Source: a virus
Lineage: Duplodnaviria > Caudoviricetes
Length of the DNA stretch: 59,125 nt
Virus record (IMG/VR): IMGVR_UViG_3300036861_000222
Coordinates: 1 to 59,125 of that record
Direction: 5' to 3' (one strand)
Under the pieces are notes generated by a model that was not told the origin of the DNA, made no database searches, and was given only the letters and a program-made list of their open reading frames with translations. The translations under genes and the position numbers were made by a program. Each line of letters opens with the position of its first letter. Position 1 is the first letter of the stretch. Shown here piece after piece: positions 9,102-16,525 of this stretch.

Positions 9102-9103
9102 CT

Positions 9104-9178
9104 GAGTGTGAAGCACGAAGGCAGTGCGCCCGGTTGTGGTCCGGGATTCTGCGGGTTCGAGTCCCGTCACACTCCCCA
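9104..9178 (+). tRNA. tRNA-His(GTG)
   Basis: Loop TT-GTG-GT, C73, encoded CCA. Confidence 0.88.
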
Positions 9179-9187
9179 ACTTCATAA

Positions 9188-9260
9188 GCTCCGGTAGCCC
9201 AACGGTAGAGGCATCAGGTTTAGGTTCTGATCAGTGGGGGTTCGAATCCCTCTCGGAGTA
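9188..9260 (+). tRNA. tRNA-Leu(TAG), short variable loop
   Basis: Loop TT-TAG-GT, Leu-type D arm, 5-nt variable loop. Confidence 0.88.
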
Positions 9261-9261
9261 C

Positions 9262-9334
9262 ACTCGCCTAGCCCAACGGTAGAGGCGGCGCTCTCAAAAG
9301 GCGTTCAGTCCTGGTTCGAATCCAGGGGCGAGTA
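9262..9334 (+). tRNA. tRNA-Leu(CAA), short variable loop
   Basis: Loop CT-CAA-AA. Confidence 0.88.
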
Positions 9335-9402
9335 CGTTGTTACCGCAACATATATCCTAAGAAACCACAAACGTGACATAATGCCAGTTATGTCACCCAT
9401 AT

Positions 9403-9475
9403 GCCCTGATAGCTCAACGGATAGAGCGACAGCCTACGAAGCTGGTAGTTGGAGGTTCGAATCCTTCTCAGGGCA
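9403..9475 (+). tRNA. tRNA-Arg(ACG)
   Basis: Loop CT-ACG-AA. Confidence 0.92.
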
Positions 9476-9556
9476 CGAAGGCATCTTTCAAGTTCGGGTA
9501 CGGAACAGTCAAACAAGGCTGTACGTTAGGGATGGGCAGACGAAGCCCGAACACAT

Positions 9557-9627
9557 GCGGTAGTAGCTTAGTGGCAAAGCGTCTGTCTTCCAAACAGATA
9601 ACGGGAGTTCGATTCTCCCCTACCGTT
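9557..9627 (+). tRNA. tRNA-Gly(TCC)
   Basis: Loop CT-TCC-AA, U73. Confidence 0.9.
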
Positions 9628-9696
9628 CGGGGAGTGATGGGTTAGGACTCCGCATCAAAACTTCACCTCGGTTCCCGCGCAAGCCGGAACCGCCAT

Positions 9697-9770
9697 GCCC
9701 TTATAGCTCAGTAGGTTAGAGCAGTCGCCTTGTAAGCGAACGGTCCGGGGTTCGAATCCTCGTTGGGGCT
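9697..9770 (+). tRNA. tRNA-Thr(TGT)
   Basis: Loop CT-TGT-AA. Confidence 0.9.
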
Positions 9771-9842
9771 CAGCAACATGGCAAAGTGGGTTGTCGTGTT
9801 GAGTGGCGTCTCAAGCCTGGGACTTCAGGCTTGAGATGTTAC

Positions 9843-9914
9843 GTCTTGCTAGCTCAGTTGGCAGAGCACAGGATTGAAACCCCTGGTGGCGTGGTTCGAT
9901 CCCACGGCAGGACA
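9843..9914 (+). tRNA. tRNA-Phe(GAA)
   Basis: Loop TT-GAA-AC. Confidence 0.85.
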
Positions 9915-9929
9915 CGTTACAACTACATT

Positions 9930-10002
9930 GGGTCATTAGCTCAGTAGGTAGAGCTCTGTTCTCTTAAATCAGATGTCGTAGGTTCGATCCCTACATGACC
10001 CA
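9930..10002 (+). tRNA. tRNA-Lys(CTT)
   Basis: Loop CT-CTT-AA. Confidence 0.9.
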
Positions 10003-10006
10003 CTTT

Positions 10007-10081
10007 GCGCCGTTAGCTCAGTTTGGTCAGAGCTGTGTACTTTTAATACACAGGGCGAAGGTTCGAATCCTTCACGGCGTA
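10007..10081 (+). tRNA. tRNA-Lys(TTT)
   Basis: Loop CT-TTT-AA. Confidence 0.92.
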
Positions 10082-10082
10082 C

Positions 10083-10155
10083 ACCCTGTTAGCTCAGTGG
10101 ATAGAGCGGGAGGTTTCTACCCTCCGCGCCCCGGGTTCGAATCCTGGACAGGGTA
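10083..10155 (+). tRNA. tRNA-Arg(TCT)
   Basis: Loop TT-TCT-AC. Confidence 0.9.
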
Positions 10156-10156
10156 C

Positions 10157-10229
10157 AACGCGGTAGCTCAGTGGTTAGAGCGGCATCCTGATACGATGCG
10201 GGTCCAGGGTTCAAATCCCTGCCGCGTTA
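10157..10229 (+). tRNA. tRNA-Ile(GAT)
   Basis: Loop CT-GAT-AC. Confidence 0.92.
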
Positions 10230-10230
10230 C

Positions 10231-10303
10231 GCACCATTAGCTCAGCGGAACGAGCGGCTGTCTTACAAACAGCGGGTCGGGGGTTCAACTCCCTCATGGT
10301 GTA
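10231..10303 (+). tRNA. tRNA-Val(TAC)
   Basis: Loop CT-TAC-AA. Confidence 0.92.
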
Positions 10304-10383
10304 CGGATGGATTGATCACCATCAAATCCTAGATAACCGCTGCGTCCTGGCCTAGGCACCCTTCGAGGTGTAAGGATGCGTTA

Positions 10384-10456
10384 GGGCTGTTAGCTCCAAT
10401 GGTAGAGCATCTGTTTTGCATACAGAGGGTTGTCGGTTCGAATCCGTCACGGTCCA
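10384..10456 (+). tRNA. tRNA-Ala(TGC)
   Basis: G3:U70, loop TT-TGC-AT. Confidence 0.92.
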
Positions 10457-10572
10457 CGGTGAGAGTTCCGGGTGTTCTAGACTCCCCCGGAACCACCCGC
10501 TATAGCCATTCTCCAAACCTCCAGTACGGCCGTACGTTCACGAGGAGCGGATGACCCTGCCTTTAGCGTCAA

Positions 10573-10646
10573 GGCGTGATGTCCGAGTGGTCAGGTAACG
10601 GCCTGCAAAGCCGTTCACGTGGGTTCGAATCCCGCTCACGCTTCCA
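10573..10646 (+). tRNA. tRNA-Cys(GCA)
   Basis: Loop CT-GCA-AA, U73, encoded CCA. Confidence 0.9.
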
Positions 10647-10764
10647 ACCTCATATGAGCGCGCATGAGCGCGCACCGCTCAGTGAGCGCGCATCCTCCGG
10701 GTTGCGCGCTCATTTTGGTGTCTGATAGAATTCGTCAACGACACGACGAACGAAGGACGAAACG

Positions 10765-12021
10765 ATGAATGACTTTGCATCAACACCCGAGGGAGCGCTC
10801 ATCATCGCGTGCGCGTTCGGAGCGCTCATGATCGCACTCATCCTGTGGCGCACCGCAGGAGGCGCGCGTGCGCGCGCATCTGAGAAAGCGCGCGCATGGG
10901 CTGAACTGAAGCGTCCCGAGTGGGAGGAGCGCGCATCGCGCAAACGAGAAGCGCGCGCATCTGGAGCGCGCGCAGACGCGCGCTTGCGCATTGCGCTCCT
11001 GAGCGCGGTTGCGCTCGTTGCGATCGCAGCCACCAACCTGAGCGCTCACGCTACGATCAACGCGATTCGGCGCGCAGGGCTGGACAGCGTTGACGCTGCT
11101 ATCTCCGTGGTGATCGTCTTTGAAGCGTTCCTGATGATCCTCGGAGCACTGTCCTGGTGGCACATGAACCGAGGCACGGGCCCCAACTGGTATGAGGTGG
11201 GCGTCTGGTCTATGGCCGCGCTCATGGGAATTGTTGCCTGGTGGGGTGGACACAACCCCATCTTCGCGTTGTGGCCCCTCTTGGCGGCTATCGCCTGGCA
11301 CGTGGTTATCACCTTCGGACGAGAGCACAAGCAGTCAGCGCTCATCACCTGGTGGCGCATGAAGCGTGGCAAGGCCACCTCGCAGGACGCAAACGTGGTG
11401 CTCACTGAGCGTCTGATCACGGCCATTGTTGATCACGGTTACGCGGCCAACGAAGGAGCGCGCGCACTGCGCGCATTCCATGAGCGCGCATTCAACCGCG
11501 CATGGGCGCGAGCGGATGCGCTCGGCATCCTCACCCCCGAAGTGCGCGCGCGCATCCAGACGCGCATTGCCGCTCGCTACGCCGGAGCGCGCGCGCTCGC
11601 CCCTGAGAAGGTTGAGCACATGAACCCGTGGAATGAGCGCGCAATGAGCGCTCCCTCTCGGAGTGCGCGCACGGTGCGCCCGGTGAGCGCTCCTCCCGCT
11701 CCCGCTGTCGAGGTGAGCGCGCATGGAGAAGTGAGCGCGCATGACGAGCGCGCATCTGAGGATGAGCGCGCAACGGAGGTTGCCGAGACGATCACCGTTC
11801 CTACGTACACTGAGAGCGCCTATTCCAAGGGTGAGCTGGTGGAAGCTATTGAGAAGTTCTTTGCCAGCAAGAACATGGTGGCGAAGGAATGGGCCAAGAC
11901 GTTCGTTGAAACCAACGGTGTCCTTCCCAACGGTGATGACCTTGCGCGGTTCACCCGGAAGACGGCAGCCAACTGCCGGAAGTGGATGGCTCCGGTCCGT
12001 AAGGAACTGGGTCTCAGCTAA
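10765..12021 (+). CDS. SpdB/DUF2637-like multi-pass membrane protein with C-terminal HTH
   Basis: About 5 hydrophobic segments, Pro/Ala linker, C-terminal LPNGDDLARFTRKTAANCRKW HTH-like; own promoter (TGaTAGAAT) and RBS; upstream of TraB-like gene. Confidence 0.6.
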   Translation: MNDFASTPEGALIIACAFGALMIALILWRTAGGARARASEKARAWAELKRPEWEERASRKREARASGARADARLRIALLSAVALVAIAATNLSAHATINAIRRAGLDSVDAAISVVIVFEAFLMILGALSWWHMNRGTGPNWYEVGVWSMAALMGIVAWWGGHNPIFALWPLLAAIAWHVVITFGREHKQSALITWWRMKRGKATSQDANVVLTERLITAIVDHGYAANEGARALRAFHERAFNRAWARADALGILTPEVRARIQTRIAARYAGARALAPEKVEHMNPWNERAMSAPSRSARTVRPVSAPPAPAVEVSAHGEVSAHDERASEDERATEVAETITVPTYTESAYSKGELVEAIEKFFASKNMVAKEWAKTFVETNGVLPNGDDLARFTRKTAANCRKWMAPVRKELGLS

Positions 12022-12029
12022 GCTCAGGA

Positions 12030-12227
12030 GGCTGGCACACCCCCGGATGGGGGTGTGCCAGTCCTGTTCCCAGGTCTCCAGATCTGGCACACCTACAAAC
12101 CACGGTTGACCTGCGGAAATACTGATTTGGCACGGCTGACACGCTGTGCCAGCGTCTGCGAGGGCGTAGCATTTCCGCAGGTCACAGCCATCCACCAACT
12201 GACAATCTGGCATGGCGTGCCGTGCCG
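12030..12227. repeat. Intergenic TGGCAC/GTGCCA repeats, hairpin and 14-bp inverted repeat
   Basis: Hairpin 12030-12063; TGACCTGCGGAAAT (12107-12120) and ATTTCCGCAGGTCA (12171-12184). Confidence 0.75.
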
Positions 12228-12280
12228 GAATGGTGTATGATTAAATACCTAGTCAGAGATGAAACGATAGGAAGATACAC

Positions 12281-12718
12281 ATGATTGAGACTGCCATCGA
12301 CCAGACAGCCGGAGGGCTCGCGGTTGCGTTCTTCCTCTGGGCCTGGTGGACAAACCGGAGGAGCGACAGCAGGGCTGCGGGTATTTCAGCTGTCATCCTT
12401 GCCATCGTGGGATCGATGCTGTTCTATGCTGCTCCGTGGTCGCTGTGGTTCGCGAACCTTGTCGCCTCCATTCTCCAGATGTTCGGAGATTTCCCGGTAC
12501 ACCCGGTTATGACCATTGCCTGTCTGGCACTGTTGGGGGGTGTGGTCTTCGACCTCATCAATGACCCGACGTACAACGTCGGCGCTGTATGGGCGCTTAT
12601 CTTCGCTCCGATCATGGCGCGCGGCGCGGCTGGCCTTGCAGGTTCGTTCTTGGAGCAGCTGTTCGGCGGCGCTTCGATGGCGTTCCTCGACGCTGTGAAG
12701 CACCTCTTCGGAGCCTGA
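12281..12718 (+). CDS. Small multi-pass membrane protein (Spd-like by context)
   Basis: 4 hydrophobic segments; stop 1 nt before the TraB-like start. Confidence 0.75.
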   Translation: MIETAIDQTAGGLAVAFFLWAWWTNRRSDSRAAGISAVILAIVGSMLFYAAPWSLWFANLVASILQMFGDFPVHPVMTIACLALLGGVVFDLINDPTYNVGAVWALIFAPIMARGAAGLAGSFLEQLFGGASMAFLDAVKHLFGA

Positions 12719-12719
12719 C

Positions 12720-14567
12720 ATGAGCGCTCATGAGGAGATCGAAAACGATGAGCGCGCACTGTCGCGCTATGCGCGCGCGTCTTGGGATCTCGCTTCCCAA
12801 GGCGCGCGCCGCCATGTTGAACGTGCGCGCGAGTGGGTGCGCGCTGAAGGCCTAGAGGATCACATGCGCGCTCAAGAGGTCAAGCAGATGAGCGCGCGCA
12901 ATGAGCGCGCATCGAAGCAGCGAGCGCGCATGTCCAAGCGAGCGCGCGCGAGCGCGCATCCGCCAGCACCTGTGCGCGCCATGAGCGATCTTGAGCTGAA
13001 GTCGCGCGCATTCGGTACGCGCGCACTGCGCTCACTCGGAGCACTCAGCGTGCCGTGTGCGGTAGCGGCCTATCCGGTCTGGAGCCTCGCGCAGGGTGAC
13101 CCCGTGCCGCTTCTGCTGTGGCCTTCCGCCTACGGGTACCTGGTGTGGGACGGATGGATGTTCCTGAACAGGGAAGAGAAACGAGCTGAGGGCGATGAAC
13201 GAACTGAGCCGCTTCCTGTCGAGAACGGGAAAGTACCCGTCTTCCGTCCGCAGCGTCTGACAGAACTGCCTCCCACTGCGGAGGAAGTGCAGATCATCCA
13301 CCGAATCGACACATGGGCGGAGCGCGCGGAGGAGCGGAAGCTGCAGGACGTGGTTCCGCAGCACCCTGTGATCGATGAATCAGGGCTCCTCATCCCCATG
13401 GATCTGACGGGGCAGTGGACACGGGAAAAGCTCGGAGGCCAGGTCAGCCAGATTCGCGCGCTCCTGGCGGTACCGGATGGTATTCAGACGCAGGTGAAGC
13501 CGGGAGGTACCGCCGACCGCGCGGTGTTGCGGGTGCGGACACGTATCCGTGACCTCGATCTGGCTTGGAACCCTGAGCGCAAGGGGTTGGGGCTTGACGC
13601 TGATACGGCCGAGATCATCACTATTGACATCACTGACCGCATCCTCGTTGCGGGAATGTCGGGTGCTGGTAAGTCGGTAGTGCTGCGGACGCTCATGGCG
13701 GAAGTCCTCGGCCTCATCCACACGGTTGTGGTCATCATCGATCTGAAAGTCGAGGGCGCGTTGTGGGCGCATTGCGCTCGTGTCGAGTCGAAGAAAGGAG
13801 GTATTGAAGGCCTGGTATCCGAGCTGATCGCTGAGATGGAGGAACGGGAAGACATCATGCGTGAGCGCGGGATGGACCTGTGGGAACCTACCGCTGAGCG
13901 ACCGCGCATCGTGGTAGTGGTTGATGAGGGAGCCGAGCTGATCGGGGGTGTTCCTGACTGTATCGACAGGATTCGAACCCTCGCGGTGCGGGCCCGAAGC
14001 TCCCAGATGCCTGTCTGGTGGGCTACGCAGAAGCCGACAGTCACTGGAGCAGGGCGTGGACTCGACACCATGATCTCCGCGCAGCTGACCACGATCATCT
14101 GTTTGGCGGTTACCTCCCCTCAGGAGTCGCGCACCGTACTTGGGGAGGACGCTACCGCTAACGGTTGGGATGCTGACGAGCTGTTGAAAGGTGGCTGGGC
14201 ACTCGTCCGTACACAGGGGGAGCGGAAGGTTCCGAACCCGGCCAGGGTCTGGTTCATGACGAAAGAGGATGTGAAGGCGATCCCTCCGCGTGAGGCGTGG
14301 AGGCGAAAGAAGGCAGGCGTTGAGGCAGTGCCACACATCCTGGCGGTAGCACTGAAGTTGTCCGAAGGGCTGCAGGGTGTTTCCACAGCGCAACTGGTGT
14401 CAGTCCTGGGGTTCACGGATACTGAGGTACACACGCGACTCCGCGCGCTGGGCGCCTCACCCGAACCGAACGCCTTCGCCATGGGCAATGGAGACAAAGC
14501 GCGTGGTTATCGACGCTCTGTGCTTGAATCTGCACTAATGACTGTGAGGGGTCAGTATGAGGCTTAA
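12720..14567 (+). CDS. traB: TraB-like FtsK/SpoIIIE dsDNA translocase
   Basis: Two N-terminal TM segments, Walker A GMSGAGKS, IIDLK, Walker B VVVVDE, ARS finger, WATQKP, C-terminal wHTH ending RGYRR. Confidence 0.8.
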   Translation: MSAHEEIENDERALSRYARASWDLASQGARRHVERAREWVRAEGLEDHMRAQEVKQMSARNERASKQRARMSKRARASAHPPAPVRAMSDLELKSRAFGTRALRSLGALSVPCAVAAYPVWSLAQGDPVPLLLWPSAYGYLVWDGWMFLNREEKRAEGDERTEPLPVENGKVPVFRPQRLTELPPTAEEVQIIHRIDTWAERAEERKLQDVVPQHPVIDESGLLIPMDLTGQWTREKLGGQVSQIRALLAVPDGIQTQVKPGGTADRAVLRVRTRIRDLDLAWNPERKGLGLDADTAEIITIDITDRILVAGMSGAGKSVVLRTLMAEVLGLIHTVVVIIDLKVEGALWAHCARVESKKGGIEGLVSELIAEMEEREDIMRERGMDLWEPTAERPRIVVVVDEGAELIGGVPDCIDRIRTLAVRARSSQMPVWWATQKPTVTGAGRGLDTMISAQLTTIICLAVTSPQESRTVLGEDATANGWDADELLKGGWALVRTQGERKVPNPARVWFMTKEDVKAIPPREAWRRKKAGVEAVPHILAVALKLSEGLQGVSTAQLVSVLGFTDTEVHTRLRALGASPEPNAFAMGNGDKARGYRRSVLESALMTVRGQYEA

Positions 14568-14793
14568 GTGGGTCAGAGATGACACGAGTATGTACACGTA
14601 CCGTGCTGAGTCGATTCGGTATCGATTCATCATGATCGTACCTCCGCGCGCGCGGACGACACTCTGGGTACAGCACACCACCGACGACTGGGGCAGCAAC
14701 CCGATCGATCAACGGTTGTGCCGCTCACGGCGTTACGCTGAGCATGTGGCGCAGCGGTTCGAGAACCAAGACAACCCGCGTCGCCTGAGATGA
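14557..14793 (+). CDS. Hypothetical protein
   Basis: GAGG RBS, overlaps the TraB-like stop. Confidence 0.6.
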   Translation: MRLKWVRDDTSMYTYRAESIRYRFIMIVPPRARTTLWVQHTTDDWGSNPIDQRLCRSRRYAEHVAQRFENQDNPRRLR

Positions 14794-14797
14794 CACC

Positions 14798-15511
14798 GTG
14801 AACTGGTATCGACTCCGCGTGGAGATCGCAGCATGGGCAATGCGTTCGTGCATTTCGGTGCTGACCTTCCTGGTAATCGTGCGTGTGCTGTTCATCTCAA
14901 GAGAAGGCATGCGATCCTACGCGATCTCACTACGCTTCCTTGCTGAAAACGAGTGGGTGTTGTACGCCGGGCTCCCGTTGGGAATCGCGATCCTATGGCT
15001 GTGCTACTGGCGGGTGTTCCGTGTTTACCGAGGAAGACGTCGTTATAAAGAAAACCCAGTTCGCCTAGGAGGTCATGTGCGCAGAACTGAACAACCCGCA
15101 GCCCCTCGCACTAGTGAGGGGCTGCGTCCCCATTGGGAGGAAAAGGCGGCGTGTCGAGACTACAACAACAAGTATCAAGACCCTTGGGACGCTGACCCCA
15201 GCGTGGGTCATGTCAACTCGGAGGCGCACAGTTTCTGTGGCAGATGCCCGGTGAAGCGTGAGTGCCTACTAGCAGGCCTGCGAAGCGACGCACTCAACAA
15301 CGGCGTTGCTTTTGGTATCTGGGGAGATACCGCACCCAAGCATCGCCGAGCCATGATCCGAGTTCGCTACCGTCAAGCGTGCCCTGTTTGTAAGGGGAAG
15401 CTCGTGATCACAGCCAACGGTGAGGAGTGGCAGGCATGTGCCTCATGTGGGATCACCTGGCGCTGTAAGAAGCGTGTCGTCTTCACGCACGGTACACAGC
15501 AACCCAGCTGA
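14798..15511 (+). CDS. whiB: WhiB-family regulator with N-terminal TM region and C-terminal zinc ribbon (possible internal start at 15077)
   Basis: W...AAC, C..CPV...CL, GIWG; CPVC...CASC; AGGAGG before GTG 15077. Confidence 0.82.
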   Translation: MNWYRLRVEIAAWAMRSCISVLTFLVIVRVLFISREGMRSYAISLRFLAENEWVLYAGLPLGIAILWLCYWRVFRVYRGRRRYKENPVRLGGHVRRTEQPAAPRTSEGLRPHWEEKAACRDYNNKYQDPWDADPSVGHVNSEAHSFCGRCPVKRECLLAGLRSDALNNGVAFGIWGDTAPKHRRAMIRVRYRQACPVCKGKLVITANGEEWQACASCGITWRCKKRVVFTHGTQQPS

Positions 15512-15965
15512 CAGGGATGTCCACCCATGTGGCCGTGGTTGCCTGTGATTGGTACACGAACATCGTGAATCCTGTTGTAGTGATCGTGATCGCCCGAGAC
15601 TCCCAGCGTGCTGTAACTCCTGCGCCTGAGTCGATGTTTGTTGTGATCGTGGGCAGCGTCGGGAACGTGAATCCAAAGTTCACAACTGCGGTGGATTGGC
15701 TCAGCGTCGTGAACGAGATGAGCACCGTGCCGCGTCTCGTCCAGTTCGTCAAGTTGGTGATGTCGGTCTGGTTTGATGCGATATTTGCCTGGTTAGCTGC
15801 GATCAAAGACCCTTGAGTCGAGACTGTGGTTTGCAGTGACGAAAGCGCAGCGTCAACCTGAACAGCCAGGACTGGCATCGTGGCGGTAGGCCCTCCGGTC
15901 AACGTCGTCCCAGGAAGCGACGTGGGCGACTCGTAGTCGAAGCCGTAAGTACTGGTATTAGGCAT
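15483..15965 (-). CDS. Minor tail / receptor-binding-like protein
   Basis: MPNTSTYG N-terminus, coiled coil, beta-rich C-terminus (FPT.P, TTTGF, W.A). Confidence 0.65.
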   Translation of the reverse strand: MPNTSTYGFDYESPTSLPGTTLTGGPTATMPVLAVQVDAALSSLQTTVSTQGSLIAANQANIASNQTDITNLTNWTRRGTVLISFTTLSQSTAVVNFGFTFPTLPTITTNIDSGAGVTARWESRAITITTTGFTMFVYQSQATTATWVDIPVSWVAVYRA

Positions 15966-15973
15966 GAATCCCC

Positions 15974-16525
15974 CTAGCTGAACGTAGAGACGAAGTATGT
16001 GTTGTCGATGCGCAAGATATCGTCAGTGCTGACCGTTGAGGTGGAATGCATGTCCGCGATCAGGATAGTTCCCGAGGTGTTGGCAACGACCGTACCGGAG
16101 GTGACGGAGCACTGCACAGCACAGTATGTCGTCTGTGAAGGACGAGCCTCGACAGTGTTGATAGTGCACAATATGGTGTCTGTGACGTTACCAGCACTGT
16201 TGGCAGCAAACGCGCCACCTGTACGTGTAAGCACAATGTGAACCGAAACAACCGGACCCCATTGGCGATACAGACTCGTAGTCACCGAGTATCCCGAAGC
16301 CGCCGCTACAGTGAGTGCAATCCACCCGGTATCGGTTGGAGAGGTTGTCTGCAACGAGGCAATATCTCCCTCCGCAGCGGCAAGGCGGCTGTCAACTCCT
16401 GCGATGACGGTTTCCACCTGCTCGGCCAGGATAGGGGACGATCCGTCCGAGTCACCTGTGAGTGTGATACCAGGTTTGGTGAGTGGAGTTTCGTACTCGA
16501 ATCCGTACGTTGGTGTCATGGGCAT
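15974..16525 (-). CDS. Minor tail protein
   Basis: N-terminus paralogous to the preceding gene; DTGW..L motif. Confidence 0.65.
   Translation of the reverse strand: MPMTPTYGFEYETPLTKPGITLTGDSDGSSPILAEQVETVIAGVDSRLAAAEGDIASLQTTSPTDTGWIALTVAAASGYSVTTSLYRQWGPVVSVHIVLTRTGGAFAANSAGNVTDTILCTINTVEARPSQTTYCAVQCSVTSGTVVANTSGTILIADMHSTSTVSTDDILRIDNTYFVSTFS

Larger units (their letters stand above)
10654..13035. repeat. Dispersed TGAGCGCG(C)/GCGCGC repeat field (three dense patches: ~10654-11050, ~11455-11772, ~12720-13035)
   Basis: About 20 TGAGCGC/GCGCTCA copies by eye plus many GCGCGC cores; rare elsewhere in the window. Confidence 0.85.

Noticed and set aside
9188-9334. Short-variable-arm tRNA-Leu as a novelty
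   Set aside because: Short-arm tRNA-Leu species are known in Actinobacteria; useful only as a host clue
7623-9552. Hammerhead, HDV/theta ribozyme or tmRNA in the spacers
   Set aside because: No CUGANGA/GAAA core, no P3/L3 with catalytic C, and no tmRNA-length element with tag ORF
7401-10240. ORFs listed over the tRNA array
   Set aside because: Shadow ORFs on tRNA genes, without RBS or protein-like features
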